Position numbers and translations under genes: made by a program. A stretch of 64,000 nucleotides of DNA. It comes from Haplodiscus bocki (taxonomy: Eukaryota). The notes beneath the pieces were generated by a model that saw only the letters and a program-made list of their open reading frames with translations, searched no databases and was not told the origin of the DNA. Positions 38,205-51,404 of this stretch are shown one piece after another (within the stretch, counting starts at the first letter, position 1; every line of letters starts with the position of its first letter). Location of the stretch: assembly GCA_965655095.1 (NCBI GenBank), contig OZ296652.1, forward strand, positions 70,184,001 through 70,248,000, written 5' to 3'.

Positions 38205-40500
38205 TTTATATGAATTTGTTTCCGTGTCAGTTTTGCTCATCACTACTGTTACTTGTTCCACTTGGCAATCAGACATCATTCCAGATCTTGTATGCCTTGA
38301 AAACAAAAAAAGCATCATTGAAGACAAATTTGTAAACGTGTATCATTGTTGTTGTTGGTGGTTCTCTAGCATTTTCTCTCCTAGTTTACCGATACGTCCA
38401 GCTAATCCATGTTTCAGTTCTCGTCTCGCTTTTAACTTACAGAACATTGTCGACTTCCGAGTGGCAACCAGACATATCACCTGATCATGACCCACACGTT
38501 TCATTGGAGAATGCTTTTATATTCAGTCATAAAACAAAGGTCGCTAAAAAAAGCATAATTGTGAATTTCGGGTACCCTTTCCTCAATTCGATCTCCAAAT
38601 TCATGAACATCTCATCATGACTGAACAACCACTTCAACGACTTTGGGTTAAACCCACCATCTACTGAGACTTGACATTTTCAATCAACTTTGCTGTGAAT
38701 GAATCAGAGTTCCAAATCAACTGGATGTTCAGTCAAGACCAAAATCAGTCATACTTGGCCTTTCATAATATCACGAGGTTACGTCATGACCTTGCTTCAC
38801 TTTTGAATCAGAACGACCAGCCACTTCACAACCAAGTTCGAGATAGGCAGGCAGCTCCATTAGCATTCGCTGCTCTAGCTTCAGTTGTTTTTCTGGAAGT
38901 GGAATTCTAACTGGAAGCAGCAATGGCTGCGGACTTCGATGAGTCTTCGGATCCTACCAAGACCGAGAAAAAGAAAACGCGGAAAACATTCTTCAAATAA
39001 CCAATTAGGCGGAGATCATAGCCAAGGATATACACAAACTGGGGTCAGAAACAAATGAGATGTTCTACCTGCTGACGAGCCGAGTGTCGACACTCTAACC
39101 GCAAGAAATTTGCTTACAGTCAGAACAAGAATTGGAAGGTCATTGGACAACCATTCGACATCTTCAAACAAAGCATCCATATACTACGCAATTGTTTACA
39201 GCTACTTTTTCTAGACAGCAGATAAGTTTCAATTACGACATGGTTTGAGACTTTTTGACGATGATAACTTCAACATCAAAGCGTACCGGACTGCTCAACT
39301 TTCGGAATGCTATTCCCACATTATTAGGTCAATTTCTACGAATGTCATTGTTACCGCGTGAATTCTATTACAAATTGCCAAGGAAATGATAATGGATCAA
39401 GGCCAAGCAAATGATCCTCTACCATTAGCCATTCCACCAAAAGAAATCCTAACGTATGAGGAAGCGAAACTGTTAACCGATGTCTACATTAAAAGAAAGC
39501 CTCGTGCAGACCATATCAGTACCACTGACATCAAAACAGACAGCACTGACAGTGTATAGGGCAAACCTTATACCAATGCAGCAACCAGAACCAACTATGA
39601 AGAACCAACAATCATGTTTTTTTAGCAAGTTGTGAAGACAACTTAGAGACTGCTTTACTACCTCAATATGACTTGGACAACTGCATTGGTTCAGCTACAT
39701 ATCAGACCGCCATCGATCAGATGCCACAGAGCGTGGGAATGGCTCGTGTTTGGATATTCTTTATTTCAAGGGACCGTTGGAGTCCATACAAAATTGTGAA
39801 ACAGAATTCATTGAGCTACCTGCTACAGAAAAAGCTCATCTTAGGATAACGAGTCTGGGTAATAACATCAGCTACAAAGGCCCACCCATTATACGAAACA
39901 TTTTCAAATACCAAAAACGGCTCGGGACTAGTCAAATTCCCTGGTTGCAACATCTGCCTCTTTATTTCATTAGCTTGTGGAAGACAATTGACTGGGCCAC
40001 ACATGACGATATGATCGGACTTACAGACTTGTCAGAAGTTACCAGCGATCAAAATCAACGTTAACTTACTGGACTCTCTGAAACACTTGCATAGTGAAAT
40101 TACACTAGTGGAAGTTATGCCTTAGTTCTCTACAAAGTCGGCCGCTTGAATACAAATGTTGACAGGTGTGCGAGATGAACTCCTATCGGGCCCGAAGCTA
40201 GAATCTACTGACAAACTCTTGGAAATGGCCAGACCGGTTGCTAGTACTATGACAGCATTGAGGCCATTCTTGAATAGAATATCTTCAAAGCTTTTCGACC
40301 TGGCAAACATGAATTGTTATGAACATCATATCCTTCATTGTCTCTGTGATTCTTCATTTTCTTCTCATATTTGTCCATCATGAATTCTAACGCTGCCGAA
40401 AATAGGCACCAAAATCACCTCTAGAATTGGACTCGATTGAAAATCATGAACAACGAGAAACTTGCATTGACGCTGATAATCGCCGCCCTTCAACTGGTGA
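38205..40500 (+). pseudogene. env: env-like fusion glycoprotein pseudogene
   Basis: Signal-like LLITTVTC. Basic site RDRQ (~38839, degenerate furin-like) is followed by a fusion-peptide-like AAPLAFAALASVVF/SGSGILTG and a heptad-like helix. A Cys-rich region (NCIGS, SCL, QNCET) precedes a TM-like IISFIVSVILHFLLIFV at ~40324-40374. Heavily disrupted. Confidence 0.72.
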
Positions 40501-43038
40501 CGTTCTCCCGCTGACTACCATTTTGACAGAAAGGCCCTATAATGATTCATACAAATGAAAAAAAAACTTTTCCATGCAACAATCATTTTAATTCCTCTTG
40601 GCCTTCTGCTTTTAATTCATTCAATTGACCTTCTCTTTCTCCTTGCTCTTGACCTGGACCTCTGCGTGTGGACAGCTCTATCACATCCACCTTATATTCC
40701 TTTACGATTGTACTCTGGAGGTGGCGACTTTCACCAAATTGCGCTTGTTTTGTCAGATGGAGACAGCTTCTTCAAACCAGCTGTTAAGAATCTGAAGTTG
40801 GGTAGTGTAACATGTTCCATGTTACTTGACCTGAATTTGCTTGCATTCCACTGAATGTGGACGCCTTGACAATTTCGAACTAACATTGACAAACAAAGAA
40901 TTGGTCAACTCTCATTCAATTACCGCAAACCTTCTTTCAAATATTTGACATTTGAAGTATTTAATGTAAGCACGTTTAATTTTTATCCGACAAATTTGTT
41001 GAACAATTTGAATCCGCCGTCTCATAAAAATCTGGAGAGGAAGAACACAAGCAACTGAGAGCAAGAGTGGTCCAGTTTGACCAGTTTTGTCATATTAAAT
41101 CTTCAAAATCTCCGTTATAATCATAATCATTTTCCTCCAAGATAAAAATCGGAATAGAAAACCTACCATCGACGAAACCTTCCAAAGCATTACCGAACCC
41201 ACTGCAATAAAAATGAAAGTCGTATGTTTTGCGAAAATAAAGAACGTAACTTTCGTTGCTGGGAACTAAAAAGTAGAGTATATAAAGAATCAAAATATCC
41301 TAAGAAAGCCTCACAACCGCAATATCGTAGTCGAGGGTTATAATCAAAATAAACAGTTGTTTTACAGCAACACATGAATGATTAGCAATTACATTGTAAG
41401 AAATGTCTAACCTGCTTTTTTATTTGAAATGTTCGTTGTACTTTTGCCTCAGAGCGCAGCGTTATTTCTTGGTTACTTTGGGCAAAGTTTCCAATTGGAG
41501 GACCCTTTCTTCTAGTCGCTGCTGCTTTCCGCTTGCTATGCGCTAAGCACCTCAGAATCTTTGTGTTTTTATTTTTCCATGACTAAAGTCCGGTGCAGTT
41601 GCCACCTGATTGTTCCAGCTATTTTGTTTGTGGAAATTGAAAATTTCGTAGTTTCATTCGATGAAAGAAAACAAAAGCCTTCATTTTGTAATGGTAAGGC
41701 ACTTTTTCCCAAACAGCCGACTATAAAGGGATTATTAACCGTTATTAGGCCGATTTGTTTTTGCGAAAATGTAAAAATTGAAGTAAATTTTTTGAATCTT
41801 AATTTTTTCAGACTTTTGCGAATTGAGAAAAGATCTAAACCTCATTTGAAAGGTCGATCATCAAGGTTTCGTTTTGCTTTGGTTAGCCACTGTTGCCGTG
41901 CGGTCGATCCTTCAGAATTTTAGGCTTTTTTCTGGACGCGACTGTACTTCTATTTGGTAGAATCCTTTTTTTGTCAATTGAAAAGTCATAGATATTGTTT
42001 GTCATGTTTCGTTGAAATTCTTTACTTGTTGAATAATGTTCGGTTTGTGTTTATTTAGGACGTATTCAACTACTTGGCCTATTGCGAATGATCGTTTGGA
42101 AGAGGCTTACCTTTCAAATGAAAAATCAAAGCGTCATGTATCAACCCTGTTTTTCCTTGAAACTTTTGGTTGGATTAGGTAACATAAGCTCGAAAGAGAC
42201 TACTCGTTACCAAGAGATTCTATCGAGGAGAGGGATTTGTCTTTTTGCAAGTTATCTGGTATCTGGAGAAGTTTTGTTTGTAATTAATGAATAAAGAAGA
42301 TTTTAACTTGAGTCGTTCGTCAGTTTCTTTCCGTCGGTGTATTTTTTGTACTTCTGTGTGATAAACCTTCACTTGCAGTTTGGAAATCAGCAAGAATCAA
42401 CGTTCTGTGAATCATTGCAGAAAATCGAGTGACGGTGTATTTCCTTCAGTTGTATTGATTTTCATTGAGACCTTACCTAATGAATTACAAGAATGCCTCG
42501 TAATGAATTGACAGGATGACGCGGCAAATCCTGTCTTGAAAAAATAAACGCAGACTACTCTGAATTGAAAATTTTGCTCCATACTGATATATAGTCTCAA
42601 ATTAACAAGCTTTCATGTTACTCCTGTGAGCCCCGTTGGCCAGGCGCCCGCCCACTCCTTTGAGCGCGCCCGAATTTTAGTTTTTTTCCGAGCCCGCAGC
42701 TTCGCGGCTTTCCCTTCTCTCAAGATATATTTTTTCACTCAACTCAGACGTATCACGAATATGACAGCACTGTCCAAATAGTTTTTAAATTTGCAATGAC
42801 CGGAAAAATACCAGCTTGCCACAGTAACATGTAATTCTAGTGTATTTTCACTCCGAAGATACCAGATCAAATTTGAAAAAATTATATGTTCCATATATGG
42901 GACACTGGACCGTTTAGGGTTAAGTATTTTCTCAAATTTTTGATATATGCGTTGAATTTTGATGTTAGCGAAATGATAACTTTTGCCCTGGTAACTGTAG
43001 CGACTACGAAGGCTTCTAAGGGGCTAAACTTTTTTCAG

Positions 43039-46000
43039 GGAAGAAGAAGAATTGGAGCATGCAGAACAGATGGCCCTTCCCACCCCTGTGGTTCCTCCGA
43101 TTCCAGTGGTTGAGCAAACAGAAGTGATTTTTAAAAACTCACAAATGATCACAGATGTGCGCAAAAGTATGTAGCTTCTTTCAGTCCCTGCAGTAATGTC
43201 TCAATATTTGTGTCGGTTTAGCTTTTCAAAATATCTATCAGCATATTTTGTACATAATGTGAGTAGCTATTTGTTTCTTCTGCCTCGGATTTGGATAAAT
43301 TCTTTCCAGAAAATCTTACTTATAGAGCTGGAAGCATTTCTCTATTTTTCTCAGATGTTGATTACGTAATAATTTAGCGTGAAATTGGAATAGGCAAGCA
43401 TTACGTCCAGGCTTGGAAATGGGTCGGACGTCCAGACCCAACCTGACCCAATCATTAGTTGACCCAAAACCTAGCAAGTTATTCATTTGTGAAAATACTT
43501 ATCATAGATTTTGAGAGAAAATTTTACAGTCTACGACCTACTAAGACGGAAAAATTATCCTATTGAGATATGGGACCGTCAACACAACAAGGGTCTACTT
43601 TTTGAAACTCAAATCCCAAGTTTTTGATGAAAAAAAAACGAACTTTTGTTGCCAATATGTCACCCCGAATTTCGAAAAGAAGTTCTTTGAGAAAAACTAC
43701 TGACCCATACCCAACCAGACTCAAGCAGTTTAATTGACTCAACTGAGCCAGACCTTGACCCACATCCAAGTTCACACAATATATCTTCACCATCGAATTC
43801 ATTCAGATTAACCGGAAGTTCTCGTTAGGCAAATGAAAAATCAGTCTCATTTTGGGCTTTAGTTAGCAAAAGTTAAATCTCAGTAGAGAAAATTTTATTT
43901 CAGACTACCTCTTTGAACGTCTAGAAGCCCAAAATTTTTTTCAAAAGAGCTTTATGGCACTTTTGCCTTTCCATCAACTGGATTTAACAAAGTAATCTGA
44001 ATGTCAGAAATCTTTGCCATTTTTAAGTTTTTTGTCTTCCCTTGGGGTGGCGTTTGCTAGTCTGGTAGGACAGTCTCCGACTTTCTTTGACATGAGTTCC
44101 GCATTTCTTCAATAGTGAGCCATAAAATATGGTAATTTTGTTTCTAGGAAATTAGCTGTCTAGAGTTTGGATCAGACTGCTAGCTTAACATAAGCATGTT
44201 TCTAAATCACAATAGTGAATTATGTGTCGCCAAGGTACAAGGATTGTTTCTGTTCAGCTTTGCAGAGATTCAATGGAGAGACAAGAAATTTACTGCAACG
44301 TAGGTTGAACTGCTTATCAGACGTTCATGTATTCTTCGATTCATTTTATGTATGATTCCTCATTGCTTGGTTCCTGACGTTTGCACCAGTCTGATTTCAT
44401 GAGCCAAACATTTTGAACAGTGCTAATGTGCCCGTGTTGTTGTTATCTTTTGTCATTGGGGGTACTTGTTGATTTAGTCAGCTTCTGGAGCAATTTCATA
44501 ATTCAGGTGCCGGAAGTTGCACTGAGTGAACTTTTGAATGTGGACTAAACTCACAATTGGAATTCGCGTCGCATGAAAATATTGAACATGAAAATAAATA
44601 AAGTGAATCAAAAAGCTATGCTCGCTTTTCTCATTCACGTATCTATTTGCAGAATATCCTTAAAAGGCTAAGTGCATATTAGAAGCAATAAAATGGCCTA
44701 AAATACCAAGGATGATGTTTTATCCAGTTCTAAATTAGTCCCATTGTAATAGATGGACGTTGAATTATGATTCCAAAGTCAAGTTTCTACTGCTCTAAAA
44801 TTGCGTCACAAATTACTAATCACCTTCAATAAACTCAAAGTTCCTTTTGAGTTTTTTTGTCTCTTCAATTTTAATCTCTTTGTACACTTTCTGACTGAAA
44901 GGAACTTTCATCTTTTGACGTCATCAGAGATTCTAGAACGGTCAAAAACGGCCTATTTTTACTTGTTCATTTTTGCGTCATTTATTGTGCAAACTTCTTA
45001 AACATTGAGTAGCAGAATGGCGTAACTTGAAAAGACATGATGGCATAATAATTTCGAAGACCAGACAGTGTGGCCAGTGTATAAGATGTCCCCAAAAAAC
45101 GTTATATGTAAATTTTTTCAGTTATGAAAACTCAAGTGGTTAATATTACTAAAGACATCGGAACTTCTTTCAAGTCGTCACATACCGCATTTTGGTTCCA
45201 ATTTTGAGAGTTGTTCACATTTATTGGACCGAACTCTAATGCAATGTTTCTTTTTGATGTTCACATCCGCAAGCAAGTGTTATGGCACAGTCTCAAAGTT
45301 TTTTCCGATCTGTTCTTAACTTTCACAAGTTCCCAGGTTTTACCGAAGAAAGTGGAGTGGCCTACGCTCGAACCTGGACCGTTAGTGCCGGAGTCTCTTG
45401 CTCTACCTGACTGTGACATTTCCGCTTCAGAATCTGTGGTTTTATATAAAATTTGGAGCGAATGAAATGTTATAGCGTTTCTTTCTTGTATACAGCCGTT
45501 CATGCTCAATACATTTAAATAAAAGTTCATAAGAAATAACTGAATTAACTAACTGTCTGTTTAATCGTTTAATCAGTAGCTTTTGTAGCACCGTGACCCC
45601 TTCAAAATAGTTTTACTTATTTGGTTTGTTCACTATTCTGTTGGCGCAAATGTTGCGAAGCACAGCGTCGCCTCTGTGTTGAATTAAAAGTCTTAAGTCC
45701 TCGTCATTTACAAGTGAGATAACTGTTTTGCCTTCTTGTCGACTAATATAAGGCATTTTGAGAGCTCGAAATTTTCCCATGTAATTGTTCGGACACATAG
45801 TATTTTTCATGTTCTTGGCGTTGTTTACTGTAGTCTTTTAAACATTGGGCCGCAAAATAGCAAATCTAAAAAGCCATGATTGACAGTTCAACTTTTCGAG
45901 TATCAGACACTGCTGCAGGTTCTTGGTTCATTTCTACTTTTTCGAGCAACCTTCTGACAGGCATCTGGTGTAGTATTTTTAAAAGTGTCAATCATGTGTC

Positions 46001-46652
46001 CGATCCTGTTTTCCTCAGCGCCTTTAATATGTAAATTTTATCTTGATCTCAACTGACATGCCGAACTATGTTGCGAAGTTCCGCTTTGCCTCGGTGTATA
46101 TTTTTGAAATATACACTAACGGATCCTGACGTTTTGTCAGAAAAATCGCGAACTTCATTTTTTTTATTTCAGCTCGTTGTGATTTTAGGTGAAGTTGGAA
46201 ACGTAAGGAAGTTAACGAACCGACCAGAAATTCGGTTATCAGGGAATGGACCGGCTAGTAACCAACATGCTGCTAAATCGAATGCACACACATCTCAAGG
46301 CACCTCAAAGGAAACCCTTGAGAAACCGGCGCCTTCGCGGAATAGGAGCATTCCTAGAAACAGAACTGGGATTCCCGTCATGTCAGCTGCGCCAAATAAA
46401 CACGTTTCTCCTAATGCTAGGATTCCAGCATCAACTAACTCTAATAAGGATAAAACCGATTTGTCGGCTCGTCGAAGAAACAGCAGTGGAGCAGTCATCT
46501 CTACAACAGCTCTCAAGCGATTCAATACTTCGAATAATTTGCCCAGCAGAAGCACCCGAAATATGCCGACCAGCTCGTCGTCTCATAATCTGAAAGTCTC
46601 ACATGCAAATACTGGAAAGGGATTTTCCAGCAACCAGGAAGAGTTTTATTGA
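43039..46652 (+). CDS. 3' exons of an unidentified host gene (43039-43166, 44258-44299, 46189-46652)
   Basis: AG/GT boundaries with compatible phases give EEEELEHAEQMALPTPVVPP...DVRKTLQRFNGETRNLLQREVGNVRKL...EEFY*. The upstream exon was not found. Confidence 0.65.
43408..43774. mobile_element. MITE-like remnant with imperfect TIRs (intronic)
   Basis: CTTGGAAATGGGTC at the left pairs with GACCCACATCCAAG at the right (12/14), with internal GACCC motifs. Confidence 0.5.
45352..45420 (-). repeat. tRNA-derived SINE-head-like remnant
   Basis: The minus strand has A-box-like CAGTCAGGTAGAGC and B-box-like GGTTCGAGC at tRNA-like spacing, but no full cloverleaf. Confidence 0.35.
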
Positions 46653-47179
46653 TGACAAGCATGAATTTATATTCTGATGACGCAATTAGACGTAGCATTT
46701 GAGATAACATGTTGCGATCTGCTTCCATGGTCGACACTTTCTTCCGTCGGTATGAGTGGTATCACGGTTAATGAACGTTTAATGGTCATTAACGCTGGTC
46801 AAAATATTGATGCTGCATTTATTCATTGTGCAAGCGCTGTTTACTAATATTTTGCAGTTGAAATTTTCGCAGTAAAAATAATCTTGTCAATAAATTAAAA
46901 CAGGTGCTTGAAGAAATTTCAATCAGTGGCAGTTTTTATATGCCGTGACTACAATTGTTTGAAATGAATTATTCACTCGCTTTATCAACCCAATGACTTG
47001 ACTTCAAAAATGCTCGACAGTTGTTGCAGCGTTGCTAATTTGGACAAAACGCTCGGCTACCGCCGGTAAATTTCCGCCATCCAACTTTGTTAAAATTACG
47101 AAGTACTTATACTGTTACTCGATTTTTTGTTTTTTTTCTTGTTGCTTTTTCGACATTTTGCGACCTCGTCCAAATTGAG

Positions 47180-47430
47180 TAATTTTGTGCGACATTTGAA
47201 AAATTTTGATTGTTTTTCAAAACGCAGCAAAGCTGCGTGGGAGTACCAGAGGGACCATATGGACTGTCTAAATAGCGGTGAGATCGCGGAAATAATATGC
47301 TTGTTTCGCTGTCAATTTTCTTGGATTTTTGTGCGACAATATGAAAAAAGTTTTTTTTCAAAACGCAGCACAGCTGCGTGGGTGGACAGGAGGGCACATA
47401 CGGAGCATCATAGTAGCCGTGAGAGCGCGC
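47180..47430. repeat. Two ~150-bp diverged direct units, each with an ACGCAGC-nnn-GCTGCGT hairpin
   Basis: TTTTCAAAACGCAGCA(A/C)AGCTGCGTGGG occurs at ~47214 and ~47355. Confidence 0.7.
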
Positions 47431-50084
47431 AAATAAACGAAATCATTTTTTTTCGAAGTCCTATCCGCCATGGGGGCTATGCTTAAGAAATACTACCATT
47501 TTATTCCCATTCTACATCAAATTTGCTGCTTTTTCTCAAGTACATGATTTTCCAGCCTTACTGAAATGTGGTGGAAAATAATGAATGAAAGTGAGTCATT
47601 CATGTCATCAATGTAGCCTCGTATAGCTTGCAGCTATGTTAGCTTAGATTACCTCTTTAGTTTTTTTTTGTATCTGACCTTCAACTAGCTTGTTAGACTT
47701 CCAATTAAAGACTTGCTTTCAAATTCAAGCGCATCAAGTTGGTGTTGGTATCAGATTTGTAAATTATCTTCTATGGATGAAATAATTCGCGCGATCTTTG
47801 ATAACAATAAACAATTTGTTTATCCTTTCACGTCTTTCCTTTTAGATTTTTATTCGGATCAGTGGTCATGAAGTAAATTACATGGTGGCAATGATCGCTG
47901 CAATCTTCAGTGCAGTAAATGGCTGGATTAATTTGGTTCTAGCCATAAGAAATTGCCAGAAACTTTCGATCCAACATCCAAGCGAAGTATCTGGGCTCGA
48001 TTAATATCTGATTATTTCTTGAGGCGGCTAATAAGTATTTAGTTCATTCAGGGGGCTCCGTGAGATTTGGTGTGTAAGGCGTAGTAATTTCAACGTAATT
48101 CTACTTATTCGAGCCAAAATCTGAATTTTTTTAAAATTATTTGAAGATGCGTGGCCAAGGTACTATTTGATGAGGGCAAAGGTTTCAAATCTGCATATTA
48201 CTGTGTAAAATACTCTATTTGAAATCATAGAGGATGTCTTCGCAGTTATTCGTTTGTAGCGGCGGAACGAAACGGGTGTTGGCAAAATGGGCAATCGATC
48301 AATATGCTAATGGTGCAGTTCAAGCCTTATATTTCAATTCAATTTTCAGATGCAATTCTATTTTCAATGACCTTTCTCATCTATCTTTTTAGCGCCCTGA
48401 AAGCTTTGTAGAAACTGTCTTGGTAATTCCTGATCAACTTTGATATGATCTTTTTGTAGAAAAAAATGCATCTCGATGTTTTTTTTGCAAATAATATATA
48501 GTTCAATAGAACTTTGTTTTCTTTACCCAACTGCTCAGATGCTAACGAAAAAAATTACCGATGCTGGATTGAAAATGAAATCCATGAGGTGTGGTGGTAA
48601 ACGTGGTCATGATTGGAATTGAATAGGCAAAAGAAGTGATCCTATAGGAATGACCTGAACGATTTTTACATTCGTAGGTGAGAACTAGTTTTATGAAAAG
48701 AAGAGGGTTAGCTTTTCCGGACAGCCAAGAGGTGATGTCTGAAAACAAATTTCTCAACAAATCTGCGAATTTCAATAATAGCATTTTGGAAAAATTATGG
48801 GTGTCAATGACTTAATATTGAACTTTCTTTTTTGTGGGGTGAGTACCAATGACAGCGTGCTCCCACTTCGGTTTTTTCCTTTTCCAAAATACCCTAAATT
48901 GGTAGAATAGTAGCAGCGTGATAGGTTGTTGTTAAAATCTGAAATGCTGCAAGCACGAAGGAACAATTTAACTTGGCACAAAGTGCATTATTTTGAGACC
49001 TGATTTTTTTCACAATATAAAGTGGCATTTTTATTGGGCATTGCTAAATTTTTAATTGTCGGAAGTGTTCGAAGGGCTGCTCTGTTCTTTTATTTTAAAG
49101 GATGTCGTCATTGAAAGTCTTCGTAATTTTTGGCCCTAAACGATAGCTTAAGCCATCTGGCTTTATTTTTTTCCCCTAGTCGCAAACAAAAATGTGAGTG
49201 AGAGCAAACCTCCAAAGAGAAAGAACGAAATTCGGACTGAGTAAAAAGTAGTCCGTGTATGCTTTTTTTGGAGTTCTCATGTGAATATCTTCCATTCCGA
49301 TCAAATTTGCTTAGCAATTGGACGCCCATATTTGTTTTCTTTCTTTTTCGTGTGGCGGCAAGGCAGTTTAGTTCATTTTGAAGAGACTGCAGACATTCAA
49401 CTTTTCTCTAAAAGTCGCCATTTTAAAATTCTTTATGCCAAAAGTGAAGATTTTGTTAGAATCAGGTCTCCGATATATTTCAGACTTGGAAATGTGGATT
49501 TGGTGGGAAAATCACATATTGCCTAATGGTTAGGTCAGCTGATTTGCATGTCTAGACAAACAAGCAGTGTACTTCCACGTTTGGAAGCTAGAGTGCCACA
49601 CCTTTGACCGATAGAGTCCGACCGAATGAGTCAAGCGGAATGAAAAGAAAGAACAACTAATGCGTAATTGATGTGTAAATAATAGAACAAATTCGTTCTA
49701 AAGCTTTGACCTAAAAGCCGCCCCTCACTTTCTGAACGCATATTGGTAAACAACGATAATTAAGAATTAAGCATTATGAACGCAAAGTTCTTTTGATACG
49801 CAAATCACAGATTGTGACGTTTTAACACAGGAAAAGCTTGTTTATGTGACATATACCTCCACAAATTTTTTTGATGAACGAATTTTTCACTACGGAATGA
49901 AGCATGAGGAGGCAAGTGGTAAAGCAGTTGCCAGTGGGCTGACATACATGAGTTCGTTTCTAGTCTAGCCCCCGAATTTTTCTAAATTATTCAAGACTTC
50001 CCGAATCCCTATTTTCCCAGTTTCAGGGACTGGGAAAATCGGGATGGGTCCCCTGCCAGCCATGAAGGAGATAACTGCAAATAG

Positions 50085-50480
50085 TTTACCATTTCATTGT
50101 CATCGAAAACCATTATCCTTTCATGGTCTTCTTTTCCAGTGTCGTGCACCAAAAAAAGAATGAAATTCTTCTGGCACATCAAAGTTTCGGCCTGCAGGCT
50201 CTCGGAAATGGATCAAATCCTTTTTTTCTCACCCTTTGAGAAACTTCGAAGAGATTGGCTTCGGAGGGCTGTGTCATTTGAGTTCCGTATTCGTCCGTGA
50301 CTTCCAGCAATGCAGATGCAACTGAAACTGTGGGGGTTGAAACTTCACTTAATTCTTTGATCTTTTTAGAGACTTTTCTCGCTCCAACTTTTCCCAAACA
50401 AATATCGTTGTTGTTGTTCCCTCGAATCGAAATCAGCTGCTTGCCACTTGTAATTGCAGTGGTTCGGCACCTGAGTGTCT
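50085..50480 (-). pseudogene. Possible Mutator-like transposase fragment
   Basis: Coding-like ARKVSKKIKELSEVSTPTVSVASAL...DHERIMVF resembles the region preceding a MULE catalytic core. It is disrupted and the DDE residues were not seen. Confidence 0.3.
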
Positions 50481-51308
50481 GATAATGGGCACAATTTTAG
50501 GCTGTGGTTAACTTATTTTCTCTTTTCTTGTAATATTCGTAGCCGTCGACTACCAGAATTGTTTTCGATTTGCTCGATTGCACAAATTCAGTGCTACTCA
50601 TTTTCGTGTTGATTTTGATGTCAATTGTTTAGTGATTGAGTTCAAGATACCTTTTCACATTGTGGTCTCACACCTTGCTCTCACGCTTAATTTCCAGACT
50701 TGTTTTGAGGCTGCGAAAATGAAATGCGTCGCTTTTTTGACTTGCGTCTACTTACTTGATTAAATTGCTTTTACTAAAGTGGAAATATTAATGTTTTCAT
50801 CAAGAATGCTAATCAATTTTATTTGATGGGCATAATCATATTAATTACTGCTTTTGCTTAATACAGAATGTTGTTGGACCACACTAATTATATAATTCGG
50901 GGTGAAATGTCATGTAACCGAAAAAGCTACTTGGATTTGGCAGGAAATCTTGGGGAAATGTTCTGGCCTGTCAATTTGACCACGGTCGAAATACCTAAGA
51001 TACTATGATGGTTAGCAGTAATTGATTTTCGAAATTGTTTTTCTTGAATACCACCCCGATGTTTGTTCACCAAATTCTTCAAAATGTGACTTCGATCAGG
51101 AAAAGAAAATGGGACGAAATTTTTCTTTTGTATCCTTTTGCGAGTTTTCGAAATGGGTTTGAAATGCGAGAGAATGTGCCTTTGTCGGCTTGAACGTGTT
51201 TTCAAAACGATGGTTCTAACTGTATACCAAACCGAATTTTTCTCCGAAATTCCTCATTGGGAAGTTAACTATTTGTTTGGAACGATTGAACCGTACTTTT
51301 GTTTAGTT

Positions 51309-51404
51309 GCGTTGATCGAAGAAAATGGCGGAAATTATAAAGTTTGGGCGGATGAAGCGTTGATCGAAGAAAATGGCGGAAATTATAAAGTTTGGGCGGA
51401 TGAA
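51309..51404. repeat. Perfect 48-bp tandem duplication
   Basis: GCGTTGATCGAAGAAAATGGCGGAAATTATAAAGTTTGGGCGGATGAA x2. Confidence 0.95.

Larger units (their letters stand above)
15420..41050 (+). mobile_element. Decayed env-bearing Ty3/Gypsy retrotransposon, 5'-truncated, containing an internal tandem array
   Basis: Order is RT-RNase H-integrase, accessory region, then env, all on the + strand. A purine tract GGAGAGGAAGAA lies at ~41033. Continuity across the array is inferred from order and orientation; gag and LTRs were not recognised. Confidence 0.6.

Noticed and set aside
41090-42600. Coding-like minus-strand fragments, possibly Polinton/virus-derived
   Set aside because: No diagnostic motif could be recovered.
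45613-46020. Minus-strand coding-like fragment within an intron
   Set aside because: Disrupted; a transposase origin is only a guess.
49900-49975. tRNA gene
   Set aside because: Only degenerate A/B-box-like motifs are present, with no cloverleaf; at most a SINE relic.
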